Of a stretch of DNA of 64,000 nt, positions 11,616 to 21,257 are shown one piece after another. A program made the position numbers and the translations under genes. The stretch spans positions 1,056,001 to 1,120,000 of the forward strand of contig CAXXTH010000017.1 in NCBI GenBank assembly GCA_963668025.2, given 5' to 3'. The notes below the pieces were generated by a model that was given only the letters and a program-made list of their open reading frames with translations, was not told the origin of the DNA and ran no database searches. This DNA is from Candidatus Hydrogenedentota bacterium. Lineage in GTDB: Bacteria; Hydrogenedentota; Hydrogenedentia; Hydrogenedentales; SLHB01. Numbering within the stretch: the first letter of the stretch is position 1; each line of letters starts with the position of its first letter.

Positions 11616-11766
11616 TTTTTTCACCACGGGGACACGGGGAGCCACGGGGAACGCATACCGCGCCCCATGGTGTTCAGCATTATGGTCGTTGTTTTTACCC
11701 AGAGAGTTAAGTTCTATTTCTGGGGGATTTATTTCATGAACGCCCTTCGTTCCCCGTGGTCAAAAA
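11616..11766. repeat. Small inverted-repeat element with tandem CACGGGGA units
   Basis: ACCACGGGGACACGGGGAGCCACGGGGAACG at left and CGTTCCCCGTGGTCAAAAA at right (12-bp perfect inverted match). Confidence 0.65.
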
Positions 11767-11982
11767 GGCTTCTTTGAACAGGATTGCCACTACCTGCATG
11801 TTATTCCTAGTTCTCAAACGCTCATGAATTCTCCCGACAACTCGTTTTTCATAGATCGAACCTATGGGTTCATGATATGGTCCATCTGTTATTGCGCTCG
11901 GATATGAAGCTGCCGTTTATATGTGAAAGGCAGCCTCTTGCTTAAACGGGGCAGCCGCCCCATACTTAAGGAGAAGCGCCGT

Positions 11983-12312
11983 ATGTCCAGCCGTGTGCCT
12001 GAGTGTTTTGAGCAAGTCACTGCCGTGGTGAAGGCCAATCTTTTTTTTGAAGGAAAAGTGGCCAGCCACACGTTGTTGTTCCCGGATGGAACCAAGAAAA
12101 CGTTGGGCCTCATCTATCCGGGCGTGTATACCTTCAATACTGGCGCGCCTGAGCGCATGGAAATAACTTCCGGTTCCTCCAAAGCCAAGGTTGCTGGCGC
12201 ATCGGACTGGACGGGCTACAGTGCAGGCGCGGCGTTTGATGTGCCGGGCAATTCCTCTTTTGAGATTTCTGTTGAAGAAGGCGTCTTGGAGTATGTGTGC
12301 TCGTTTAGGTAG
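11983..12312 (+). CDS. ppnP: Pyrimidine/purine nucleoside phosphorylase (YaiE/DUF1255 cupin)
   Basis: KANLFFEGKVASH...KKTLG...YTFNTGAPERMEI...EYVCSF; AAGGAG RBS before ATG at 11983. Confidence 0.88.
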   Translation: MSSRVPECFEQVTAVVKANLFFEGKVASHTLLFPDGTKKTLGLIYPGVYTFNTGAPERMEITSGSSKAKVAGASDWTGYSAGAAFDVPGNSSFEISVEEGVLEYVCSFR

Positions 12313-12402
12313 GGGATAAGCGGACGCGCAGGAGATCAATCCTAAGTTTGCTGCGTTTTTTTAGCCTTGGACAAAATATCAATATAGGTGTGTATTTTAA
12401 TC

Positions 12403-13674
12403 ATGAAAGCTGAATATATTTCCTTATCTGTGTTTATAGTGGCGTATATCCTTTTTGTGGCGTTGCCAGAGCGGCGCAGTTTGACGGCAATCTGCGCCGC
12501 GCTATTGCTTGCATTGTCCCCGGTGCTCACATTTCGCGAGGCGTTGGGGGCGATCAATTGGAATGTGATGGGCATATTCGTAGGCACGCTTATCGCGGCG
12601 GATGTGTTTATTGAAAGCCGGTTTCCCGCCTTTTTCGCGGAGGCGATCATCAATCGTGCGAAAAGCGTGACGTGGGCTATCTTGTTCATCTGCGCGATGA
12701 CGGGATTCGTCTCGGCGTTTGTGGAGAATGTCGCTACAGTGCTGATCGTCGCGCCTATTGCGCTATCCTTGTCAAAGAAATTGAATATCAAGCCAGTGAA
12801 AGTGATGATCGCCATTGCGATCACGAGCAACTTGCAGGGGGCCGCCACGCTTATTGGCGATCCCCCTAGTATGCTGCTTGGCGGGTACGCCAAAATGACG
12901 TTCATGGATTTCTTCTTCTACCAAGGGAAGCCCAGCATCTTTTTTGCCGTGGAGCTTGGCGCAGTACTTTCGATGATCGTACTGTATTTTGTGTTCCGCA
13001 AGCATCATGAAAAACCGGTCTTCATTGGTGTTGAAACAGTGAAATCGTGGGTGCCCACGATCATGCTGGTGCTGCTGGTGGCGGCTCTGGCGTGCAGTTC
13101 GTTTTTCGACAAGGATTTCTCCATTCTGGCGGGCGTGTTGTGCATGGTGTTCGGCGTGGCGATGCTCATTTTCGAAACGCGGTTTAACCGAGGCCACATC
13201 GTTAGCAGTTTACGCAAACTCGACTGGGACACCACGTTTTTCTTGATGGGCATCTTCATTTTGGTCGAGAGCCTCACGTTAACGGGCTGGATTGATGCGG
13301 CGTCCACGTGGCTGTCGCATATGGTGGGCAGCAATGTATTGCTGGGATATGTGATTCTGGTGGTGTTCGCGGTGATGTTTTCGGCGGTTGTGGATAATGT
13401 GCCTTTTTTGGCGGCGTCGCTGCCGATTGCGCAATCCATGGCGGCGAAGATGGGCGTTCCGCCCTCGCTGCTGCTTTTTGGGCTGCTCATTGGGGCGAGT
13501 TTAGGGGGGAACATTACTCCCATAGGCGCATCCGCCAATATCGTGGCCTGCGGGCTTCTGCGGAAAGAGGGATATACGGTCTCGTTCCGGCAGTTTGGCG
13601 CGATATCGATACCGTTCACGCTGGCGGCAGTGATCCCGGCGTCTGTTTTTATTTGGTGGATATGGGCTCCGTGA
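12403..13674 (+). CDS. ArsB/NhaD (IT superfamily) ion permease
   Basis: SAFVENVATVL, GAATLIGDPPS, SAVVDNVP, LGGNITPIGASANIV; about 11-12 hydrophobic segments. Confidence 0.85.
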   Translation: MKAEYISLSVFIVAYILFVALPERRSLTAICAALLLALSPVLTFREALGAINWNVMGIFVGTLIAADVFIESRFPAFFAEAIINRAKSVTWAILFICAMTGFVSAFVENVATVLIVAPIALSLSKKLNIKPVKVMIAIAITSNLQGAATLIGDPPSMLLGGYAKMTFMDFFFYQGKPSIFFAVELGAVLSMIVLYFVFRKHHEKPVFIGVETVKSWVPTIMLVLLVAALACSSFFDKDFSILAGVLCMVFGVAMLIFETRFNRGHIVSSLRKLDWDTTFFLMGIFILVESLTLTGWIDAASTWLSHMVGSNVLLGYVILVVFAVMFSAVVDNVPFLAASLPIAQSMAAKMGVPPSLLLFGLLIGASLGGNITPIGASANIVACGLLRKEGYTVSFRQFGAISIPFTLAAVIPASVFIWWIWAP

Positions 13675-13703
13675 AGGGCTTAGTGTTTGCTTCGTAATCG
13701 AAC

Positions 13704-13774
13704 GTGGCATGGGCGTCTTCCCCATGGAGTGATGGCGTATCGCACTTGCTTCATGGGGGAGACGCCCATGCCGT
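13704..13774. repeat. Inverted REP-like pair forming a long hairpin
   Basis: GGCATGGGCGTCTTCCCCATG ... CATGGGGGAGACGCCCATGCC, 21-bp stem with one G-U pair. Confidence 0.8.
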
Positions 13775-14004
13775 GATCAAGCCTAGCAAAATGCCGCGCT
13801 ATATAACCGGCCACCTTTTTCGCCGTGTTTTTCGGGTAAAGTGGAAACTCTCATCGTGTTGTGGGCATTGTATTACGGTAGGGATGGCATGGCGGCCGTG
13901 GCATATAGATTGCAGCGCGTCGGGGGATTAGGATACGATAGAGGGCTTGAAGGAGAAAGGCGCTGTCCAAGAAAAGGTGAAAGCCGCGCCGATGAAAGCC
14001 ACAG

Positions 14005-15009
14005 ATGAATACCGGAACACCGCATGGCCCACTCAAACGCCGCGAGAGCAGGGCGATTCCATACACGCGGCAGCAGCCTAAGCCTTCCCCTGGACGGGCA
14101 TATGAAAAGGCGTTGTATAGTTGGTATCGAGATTTGTGGGAACACGCGGAAAATAGCCGGCGGCTCAAATATGCATTAATTATATCATTGGTGCTGCACG
14201 GACTTGTTTTTTTGGTGCTATTTTTTGGAATGCAGTATCGCCCACCCATCAAACCGGCTGGAGTGTACCACGTATCTTTCGTGACGGATGCCGCTTCGCC
14301 TAATTCGCTGGCGACGGCAGTGAAGCCGCCTACGCCAGAGGTTAAAAAACCGGAGCCTCCGAAGCCGGTCGAGAAGAAAGAGCCACCCAAACCGGTGGTC
14401 AAAAAAGATCCTCCAAAACCGGTTGAAAAGAAGGAGCCTCCGAAACCCGAGGTGAAAAAAGAAACTCCCAAACCGGTGGAGAAAAAGACAGAAACTCCGA
14501 AACCGCCAGAAAAGAAAGAGCCGCCGAAAAAAGAGACGAAAAAAGTGCCGGATATGAAGCCGCTGGCGCCGCCGGATGAACCTCAGCCCGATATAGAGCC
14601 GCTGGCGCCGCCGGATGAGCCGGTACCCGATATGAAGCCTATTGCTCCGCCAGATGAGGCCCTTCCGACAGATCCGAAGAGCCTAGACACGGTGATCGGC
14701 ATGCAGAGCAATTTGCCGAGCGAGTTGAGCGGATGGAGCCGCCTGGTGCAGCGCCAGGTGTTTAATTCTTGGCAAATGCCAATTGGCGTGCGTGCGGACC
14801 CCGAGGAGAATCAGGCGGAGATATCCGTATGGGTGAACCGGAATGGAGAATTGGTTGGGGAGCCGGTGGTGTTGAGCCAGGGACTAGACCCGGAGCTCGC
14901 GCAAACGGGTATCGAGGCGGTCAAAAACGCCGCGCCATTTCCGCCATTTCCAGACAATTTTTCGGATCCGGAGCAGCAGGTGGTTTTTACATTTACGCCT
15001 ATGCTGTAA
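14005..15009 (+). CDS. TolA/TonB-like protein (start uncertain)
   Basis: Transmembrane segment with SxxxH (ISLVLHGL), Pro/Lys-rich linker, TonB_C-like C-terminus (AVKNAAPFPPFP); directly upstream of tolB. Confidence 0.8.
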   Translation: MNTGTPHGPLKRRESRAIPYTRQQPKPSPGRAYEKALYSWYRDLWEHAENSRRLKYALIISLVLHGLVFLVLFFGMQYRPPIKPAGVYHVSFVTDAASPNSLATAVKPPTPEVKKPEPPKPVEKKEPPKPVVKKDPPKPVEKKEPPKPEVKKETPKPVEKKTETPKPPEKKEPPKKETKKVPDMKPLAPPDEPQPDIEPLAPPDEPVPDMKPIAPPDEALPTDPKSLDTVIGMQSNLPSELSGWSRLVQRQVFNSWQMPIGVRADPEENQAEISVWVNRNGELVGEPVVLSQGLDPELAQTGIEAVKNAAPFPPFPDNFSDPEQQVVFTFTPML

Positions 15010-15059
15010 TATGATGGACTTAAAAGAAGCCGCCCTGTGGGGGGGCAAAAGGATAACGA

Positions 15060-16367
15060 TTGAAGGAGATTGCTGACGTGAGATGTTTATCACTATCGTT
15101 GATGGTTGTTTTAGCCTGTGCATGCGCTGGTGCGGAATCGGGCATTAGCATTAATATTCAGAAATCGCTGGGCCGCACACCTATCGCGGTGCCGGATTTT
15201 GGAACTGCGCCAGGCCAGGAGGCGCTCGGCGTCGAATTGGCCAACATCATGCGCTACGATTTGGAATTCACGGGCATGTTCCAGATTGCATCCCGTGCGC
15301 AATATCCCCCCTCGTTCACCGGCTTTACAGCGGACGCCACTAAGATTAATTTCCAAGACTGGAAAAACGCGGGCGTGGAATATTTGGTGTACAGCTATGT
15401 ACGCCAAGAGGGGGAGAACCTTGTCATCGAATGCCGTTTATTTGATGTGCTGGCGGGCAATCCCGTGGTGGGCCAAGCGCCAACCGCCAAGATGGAATGG
15501 AAGCGATTCGCGGTGCATTTACTTTCCGATGACATTGTGAAATATACTTCGGGTGTCCCAGGCATCGCGACTTCACAGATCGTTTTCAGTGGCGGCGCAA
15601 CGGGTAAAAAAGAGATTTATGCGGTTGATTATGACGGTGCAAATTTGAAAAAAGCGACGAGCCATCAATCTATTTCGATCATGCCACGTTTAGCGCCTGA
15701 TGGCAATCGAGTTGCCTATCTATCCTATAAAGACCGGTATCCGTTCCTCTATGTGTTGAATCTCCGCACCGGCGTATCGACGCCCTTGTCCAAGGATGTG
15801 GGAATGAACGTGTCTCCCGCATGGTCTCCTGGCGGCAATCAACTGGCCATCGCGCTCAGCAAAGATGCCAACGGGGAGATTTACATGGTGAACCCGGACG
15901 GCTCAGGCAAGCGCCGCATCACGAATGATAAATCACTAGATACATCGCCGTGTTTTTCTCCTAGCGGCAGCGAGATTTGCTTTGTCAGCGACCGGCAAGG
16001 GCGGCCGCAAGTATTCGCCATGGGCGCGGATGGAAGCAATGCGCACCGGCTTTCGTTCCAAGGCGGGAATTCCTACAGCCCCGTATGGTCGCCCGATGGC
16101 AAGTCGATTGGCTATGTGTGCGATATGGGCGGCCTCAATATATGGGTAATGGGCTCGGATGGTTCGAATCCCCACCAGCTCACCTCTTCGGGTGGCGAAG
16201 CGCCAAGCTGGTCGGCGGATTCGAGGCATCTCGTTTTCGCTTCGACACGCGGGGGCCGTTCAGAACTTTGGGCGGTGAATGTGGCGACGGGTGAGGAGCG
16301 CCGGATTCCGATCCCCGAGTTGAGCTGCCAAGGCCCTTCGTGGGGCCCGCGCCGCGCGGCGGGATGA
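15060..16367 (+). CDS. tolB: Tol-Pal beta-propeller protein TolB
   Basis: Signal peptide, PIAVPDF TolB_N motif, several PD40 repeats (PAWSPGG, PVWSPDG). Confidence 0.9.
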   Translation: MKEIADVRCLSLSLMVVLACACAGAESGISINIQKSLGRTPIAVPDFGTAPGQEALGVELANIMRYDLEFTGMFQIASRAQYPPSFTGFTADATKINFQDWKNAGVEYLVYSYVRQEGENLVIECRLFDVLAGNPVVGQAPTAKMEWKRFAVHLLSDDIVKYTSGVPGIATSQIVFSGGATGKKEIYAVDYDGANLKKATSHQSISIMPRLAPDGNRVAYLSYKDRYPFLYVLNLRTGVSTPLSKDVGMNVSPAWSPGGNQLAIALSKDANGEIYMVNPDGSGKRRITNDKSLDTSPCFSPSGSEICFVSDRQGRPQVFAMGADGSNAHRLSFQGGNSYSPVWSPDGKSIGYVCDMGGLNIWVMGSDGSNPHQLTSSGGEAPSWSADSRHLVFASTRGGRSELWAVNVATGEERRIPIPELSCQGPSWGPRRAAG

Positions 16368-16391
16368 AGTAGCAACTAATCAAGGAATCAG

Positions 16392-16426
16392 AAAGGCCTT
16401 GCTCATTGCGAGCAAGGCCTTTTTTT
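16392..16426. terminator. Intrinsic terminator after tolB, possibly bidirectional
   Basis: AAAGGCCTTGCTC-ATTGC-GAGCAAGGCCTTT perfect stem followed by a T run. Confidence 0.85.
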
Positions 16427-16498
16427 AAGTAGAACAAGATTGTATACACCGATGCGGCGCTCATCGAACCGTGTAGATCCAGGTCGATTTTGAATGCC

Positions 16499-16547
16499 GT
16501 GGCATGGGCGTCGCCATCCATGTGCATGGCCGGGACGGCCATACTAC
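16499..16547. repeat. Inverted REP-like pair
   Basis: GTGGCATGGGCGTCGCC.. plus reverse copy GTAGTATGGCCGTCCCGGCCATG. Confidence 0.7.
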
Positions 16548-16654
16548 GGGAGAGGTGAAATCATCTGCTTTGTTGTATCCAATCTTGAATCGATCCAATG
16601 GCGCATTATTTTCCGAGAAAAGAAAAATGCGGCATTATTGGCCTTGCTACTTAA

Positions 16655-18097
16655 TCACTCCCAATCCATGCCGTATTTTTGAAGGCGGTAGCGGAGCGAA
16701 CGGGGGGTGAGGCCGAGCAATTGGGCGGCCTTTTTTTGGGAATAGCGGGCGCGTTCGAGCGCTTGCTTGATCAGGTTGATCTCGATATCAGCCACATGGG
16801 TTTCTAGATCGAGCCCTTCCATGGGGAGCTGGCCCGGGGGGCGAATCGCGGAAACCGCCGTGGGCGCGGCGTTGTCGCTTGCATATTGCTGGACATTTGC
16901 CGGCAGATCATTCACGTCGATGCATGCGCCGCGGCACAGTGCAACGGCCCTTTCCATGATATTCTCGAGTTCCCGGACATTTCCCGGCCATTTGAAACCG
17001 CAGAGGCGCTCTTCCGCTTCGGGGGTGATATCAAGGGGCTTGCGTCCCATTTTGGCCGCGTGGGCGGCGGCGAAATGGCGGGCAAGCAGACGTATGTCGT
17101 CTCCCCGGGTGCGCAGTGGGGGCACAGTGATAGGGATGACATTGAGGCGGTAGTAGAGATCCTCGCGGAACTTGCCTTCCTTGGCCATTTGTTCGAGGTT
17201 CCGGTTGGTGGCGGATATGATGCGGACATCCACGGGGATGGCTTTTGTGCCGCCTACAGGCGTCACAATGCTGATATCGAGGACGCGCAGGAGTTTGACC
17301 TGGAGCGGCAAGGGCATTTCGCCAATCTCGTCCAGGAAAAGCGTGCCGCCGTTGGCGACGACAAACAGCCCTTCCTTGCGCTCGACAGCGCCCGTGAAAG
17401 CGCCCTTTTCATGGCCGAACAGTTCGCTTTCGAGTAGGTTTTCCGGGAATGCGCCGCAATTGATGGCTACGAAGGATACGGATGCGCGCTGGCTGAGCTG
17501 GTGGATGCCCCGGGCGACCAGTTCTTTGCCGGTGCCGCTTTCGCCATGGATGGCGATGGTGCTCGATAAGGTGGCCACGCGGCGGATCATGGTGCGCACT
17601 TCTTCGATGACGGGGCTGTTGCCCACGATGTTATCGAGCTGGCCGCGCAGGGCCTGGTCTTTGCGCAAGGCGGTGTTTTCGCGTACGAGGTCGCGCTGTT
17701 CGATGGCGCGGCGGATGATGATGCGCATTTCATCGTTTTTGAAGGGCTTCATGATGTAATCGGCGGCCCCCCGCTTCATGGCCTCGATGGCCACCTCGAC
17801 GGAGCCGTGGGCCGTCATCATGATGGCGGGGGTATTGGAGGCGTGTTCGGCGATCCAATTCAGCAGCGCCATGCCCGCATCGCGCTGGGTGCCCATGCGA
17901 AGGTCCGTGACGACGCAGTCAAACGTGGAAGCTTCTAAGCGGGCTTGGGCCTGGGACACATTGGCGGCGGATTCGACTTCATACCCATCGTTCTGCAAAA
18001 CGATCTCGAGCAGCTCACGCATGCCGCTTTCATCATCGACCACGAGAATGCGCGCTTTTGCGGGCTTATTTACTCGTTCCACCCCATGTGCCGCCAT
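16655..18097 (-). CDS. pilR: Sigma-54-dependent response regulator, PilR-like
   Basis: REC domain (VVDDE, TDLRM), GESGTGKE, GAFTGA, WPGNVRELEN, Fis HTH; next to pilS/pilT. Confidence 0.85.
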   Translation of the reverse strand: MAAHGVERVNKPAKARILVVDDESGMRELLEIVLQNDGYEVESAANVSQAQARLEASTFDCVVTDLRMGTQRDAGMALLNWIAEHASNTPAIMMTAHGSVEVAIEAMKRGAADYIMKPFKNDEMRIIIRRAIEQRDLVRENTALRKDQALRGQLDNIVGNSPVIEEVRTMIRRVATLSSTIAIHGESGTGKELVARGIHQLSQRASVSFVAINCGAFPENLLESELFGHEKGAFTGAVERKEGLFVVANGGTLFLDEIGEMPLPLQVKLLRVLDISIVTPVGGTKAIPVDVRIISATNRNLEQMAKEGKFREDLYYRLNVIPITVPPLRTRGDDIRLLARHFAAAHAAKMGRKPLDITPEAEERLCGFKWPGNVRELENIMERAVALCRGACIDVNDLPANVQQYASDNAAPTAVSAIRPPGQLPMEGLDLETHVADIEINLIKQALERARYSQKKAAQLLGLTPRSLRYRLQKYGMDWE

Positions 18098-18103
18098 AAT
18101 CCG

Positions 18104-19738
18104 TTATTCTCCGAAGCGGGCCGCGGGCAGCCGCACGATGAGCGACGCTCCGTGTTCCCGGCGTGATGTGACATGAATAGTGCCATCATGAGCCGAGATA
18201 ATCCGCATGCACACGGCAAGGCCCATGCCGACCCCCGATTCTTTGGTAGTATAGAAAGGCTCGAAGATCCGCGCAACCTCATCCGGTGGAATGCCCGGGC
18301 CTTCATCCTCGAATACGACCGCCACCGATACCTGATCCCGCGAAGCGGAAATGGTGAGGGTTCCGTTTTCATTCATGGCTTCGACCGCGTTTTTGCCGAT
18401 ATTGATGAACACTTGCTTGAGCTGGGCGCGGTCGCCTGAGATAGGGCAATGCTCCGCGCCATGCTTGAGTTCCATATGGAGGCCGTTTCCGTTCACGCTG
18501 CGCTGGAGCAAGCCAGCCACTTCATCGAGGAGTTCCCATAAATCAAACGGATGGCGCTCCATGCGGGGCTCCCGGGCGAAATCGAGGAACTCGCTGACAA
18601 TATAGTTCAATTGGTCGCATTCGCGCATGGCGATGCTAGTGAGGCGGCGCGCCAAGACTGGTTCTTCCATCGAGCGTTCTAGTTCCTCGATAGCGCCGCG
18701 GATGGCGGCCACCGGATTTCGGATTTCATGGGCAAGGCCCGTGGACAATTCGCCCACTGCCGCGAGGCAGTCTTGGCGTTTGAGTTCATCGCGCATGATG
18801 GCCAGCTCGGTGAGGTCGCTGAAGGCGACGATGCTGCCGTTCAGGATGCCTTTCGAGTCATACATGCAACTGGTGCTTAAACCGAGCAAGCGGACATCAT
18901 CTTCGCCGATAATCGCCTCGAACTCATACCGGGTATAGTCGCGCCGGGTGCGAATCGAAGTAAGCACCGGGCATTCGCCGCTGGCGGCGGTGCGAAGCAC
19001 TTCTTGGACGGGCAGGCCGACCCCTCCGCCTTCTTCGAGCGCCAAGATGCGGCAGGCGGCTTTATTGAGAACCATCACGGCGCCTTCGGCGTTGGTGATG
19101 ATGAATCCGTTATTCATGTTGTCCAGGATTTCGCGCTGGAACTGGTTCAAGCGGCGCACCCGTTGGTTCCAATAGCCGCTAATCGCGGCGGTGAGGTAAT
19201 ACGCCAGGCCTTGTACGGCGAATTTGTAGGCCATGTCGGGAATGGCCTCGATTTGCCAAGCATCCCATCCCACCACATGCCCGCCGAGTGGCGATGAAGT
19301 CATGACTTGAATCGCCATGAACACGGTGGCCAGCGATGCGAAAACAAATCCTTGCGCGGGGCTTAACAGCAGGCTGGCTTCCAACACCACCACGACGAAC
19401 AGGAAAGTGGCGAAACTGTTCGAGCCGCCCGTGAAACTGATGGTGGCGGCCACGACGCAGAAGTCCACCAGCATTTGCGCCCAGGTGAGCAAGGTGGCCT
19501 TGACCAGCGGCCCGCGCACGAGCGACGCCAGATACCAGCAGCAACTGATGAATCCGAACAGATAGAAGCCGCTGAGGAGCCCGAGGCGGAAGCTGCTGGC
19601 GTCGTCCATGAGGATATAGGCGCCCAAGGCCATGAACAACAGCACGCCCACGCGGATGGCTCCGACATACCACAGCCAAACGGCGGGGCCTTCAATGGAA
19701 ACCCGGAAAAGGTCGGCGGAGTTGGGCCGTTTCTTCAC
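18104..19738 (-). CDS. pilS: Membrane sensor histidine kinase, PilS-like
   Basis: About 6 TM segments, PAS-like region, LAHEIRNP H-box, DEGPGI and GVGMGL ATPase boxes. Confidence 0.85.
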   Translation of the reverse strand: MKKRPNSADLFRVSIEGPAVWLWYVGAIRVGVLLFMALGAYILMDDASSFRLGLLSGFYLFGFISCCWYLASLVRGPLVKATLLTWAQMLVDFCVVAATISFTGGSNSFATFLFVVVVLEASLLLSPAQGFVFASLATVFMAIQVMTSSPLGGHVVGWDAWQIEAIPDMAYKFAVQGLAYYLTAAISGYWNQRVRRLNQFQREILDNMNNGFIITNAEGAVMVLNKAACRILALEEGGGVGLPVQEVLRTAASGECPVLTSIRTRRDYTRYEFEAIIGEDDVRLLGLSTSCMYDSKGILNGSIVAFSDLTELAIMRDELKRQDCLAAVGELSTGLAHEIRNPVAAIRGAIEELERSMEEPVLARRLTSIAMRECDQLNYIVSEFLDFAREPRMERHPFDLWELLDEVAGLLQRSVNGNGLHMELKHGAEHCPISGDRAQLKQVFINIGKNAVEAMNENGTLTISASRDQVSVAVVFEDEGPGIPPDEVARIFEPFYTTKESGVGMGLAVCMRIISAHDGTIHVTSRREHGASLIVRLPAARFGE

Positions 19739-20808
19739 GCGCCTCCTCGTTCGATGAGGCGCTGAAGGCCTTCTGGATCGTGGCTGCTCTTGAAGGCGGT
19801 TTCCATGGTGATGAGGTTGCGCCGGAGCAGGCGGAAGAGGGATTGGTTCATGGTGATCATGCCTTCGCCAGCGCCGATTTCGATCATGGATGGGATTTGT
19901 TCGAGTTTTTCTTCGCGCATGAGCGAGCGAATGGCCGTGTTGGGTATCATGATCTCGAGGGCGATGACCCGCCCGCGGCCGTCGGCCCGGGGGAGAAGTT
20001 GCTGCACGACCACGCCCTCGAGCACAAAGGACAACTGCGTGCGGATCTGGGCTTGCTGCGCGGCGGGAAACACGTCCACGATGCGGTTGATCGTTTGGAG
20101 AGCGTCGTTGGTGTGCAAGGTGGCGAACGCGAGATGGCCCGTTTCCGCCGTGGTGATGGCCGCCGAGATGGTCTCGGGATCGCGCATTTCACCGATGAGG
20201 ATCACGTCGGGGTCTTGGCGGAGCACATGGCGCAATGCGGCGGCGAACGACTTGGTGTCCGCATGCACTTCCCGCTGATTGATGACGGAATGGTTATGCC
20301 GGTGCAGGTATTCGATGGGATCCTCGATGGTGACGATATGTACGCTGCGTTCGCGGTTGATGCGGTCGATAATCGAGGCCAGGGTCGTGGATTTACCGCT
20401 GCCGGTGGGGCCGCAGACGAGGATCAATCCGATAGGGCGGTGGGCGAAATCGGCCACCACGCGCGGCAGGCCTAATTCATCGAATGAGCGAATCTCGAAT
20501 GGAATCGCGCGGAACGCCGCCGATATGGAACCCCGGTCGCGGTAGACATTTAAGCGGAAGCGGCTTAGCCCCGTGATGCCAAAGGAGAGGTCGCATTCCT
20601 TGTCGGCTTCGAACGAGGCCACTTGTTCTTCATTCATGACGGAGTACGCCAATTCTTGTGTATTTTCCGGGCGCAAGAGCGGATATCCTTCCAGGGCTTG
20701 AAGCGCGCCATGGACACGGACAATAGGGGGCACGCCGACGGAGATGTGCAGGTCGCTTGCACCCATTTCGATGGTCTTGGTGAGTAGTTCCTTGATGCTC
20801 AGTTCCAT
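19735..20808 (-). CDS. pilT: Type IV pilus retraction ATPase PilT
   Basis: ASDLH, GPTGSGKSTT, TIEDPIE, LRQDPDVILIGEMRD, AIRSLMRE (AIRNLIRE motif). Confidence 0.95.
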   Translation of the reverse strand: MELSIKELLTKTIEMGASDLHISVGVPPIVRVHGALQALEGYPLLRPENTQELAYSVMNEEQVASFEADKECDLSFGITGLSRFRLNVYRDRGSISAAFRAIPFEIRSFDELGLPRVVADFAHRPIGLILVCGPTGSGKSTTLASIIDRINRERSVHIVTIEDPIEYLHRHNHSVINQREVHADTKSFAAALRHVLRQDPDVILIGEMRDPETISAAITTAETGHLAFATLHTNDALQTINRIVDVFPAAQQAQIRTQLSFVLEGVVVQQLLPRADGRGRVIALEIMIPNTAIRSLMREEKLEQIPSMIEIGAGEGMITMNQSLFRLLRRNLITMETAFKSSHDPEGLQRLIERGGA

Positions 20809-20960
20809 ACCGCCTCCTCCAGTTCCCCCGCTGGTTAGTATTCTAGCAATCGACCAAGACTTTTCAGCTTTGTTCAGTCATCATAGACATCTCCATCATG
20901 TCTATCCGAAAATATCATTCGACTGGCCTTATCTTGTTTTCAACTGAAGATGTCGAATCG

Positions 20961-21251
20961 CTACTTTCGAGTTCCCGATACGGCTTGTGTATGCATGCAG
21001 GTTGTTTGTGTATTTTCGATTTCTTCGTAAATGGTCTCTGGGGCGATATCCGCGCCATTTGGCCAAGTGATAGCGCCACCTTCAATAGCAGTCATTTTGA
21101 AAAAAGCTATTTTCCGAAGCGGCTCAAATACGGCGCCTCTATTCACCCATTTAGAAAAATCGACTTCTCCCATTAATCCATTATCGAATTCGATTTCGTA
21201 GGTGTATTGTGATTTATAGCTAATCCTGACAATATCGTTGAGATTCCACAT
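20961..21251 (-). CDS. DUF2442 family protein, putative antitoxin
   Basis: IEFDNG...GAVFEPL...ITWPNGADIAPETIY; low GC; paired with DUF4160 remnant. Confidence 0.8.
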   Translation of the reverse strand: MWNLNDIVRISYKSQYTYEIEFDNGLMGEVDFSKWVNRGAVFEPLRKIAFFKMTAIEGGAITWPNGADIAPETIYEEIENTQTTCMHTQAVSGTRK

Positions 21252-21257
21252 CAATCT

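Noticed and set aside
13389-13398. Perfect DnaA box (TGTGGATAA)
   Set aside because: It is a single copy inside the permease coding sequence (VVDN codons), as expected by chance.
14320-14660. Tandem DNA repeats resembling an array
   Set aside because: They encode the Pro/Lys-rich TolA linker and have no constant repeat with unique spacers, so this is not CRISPR.
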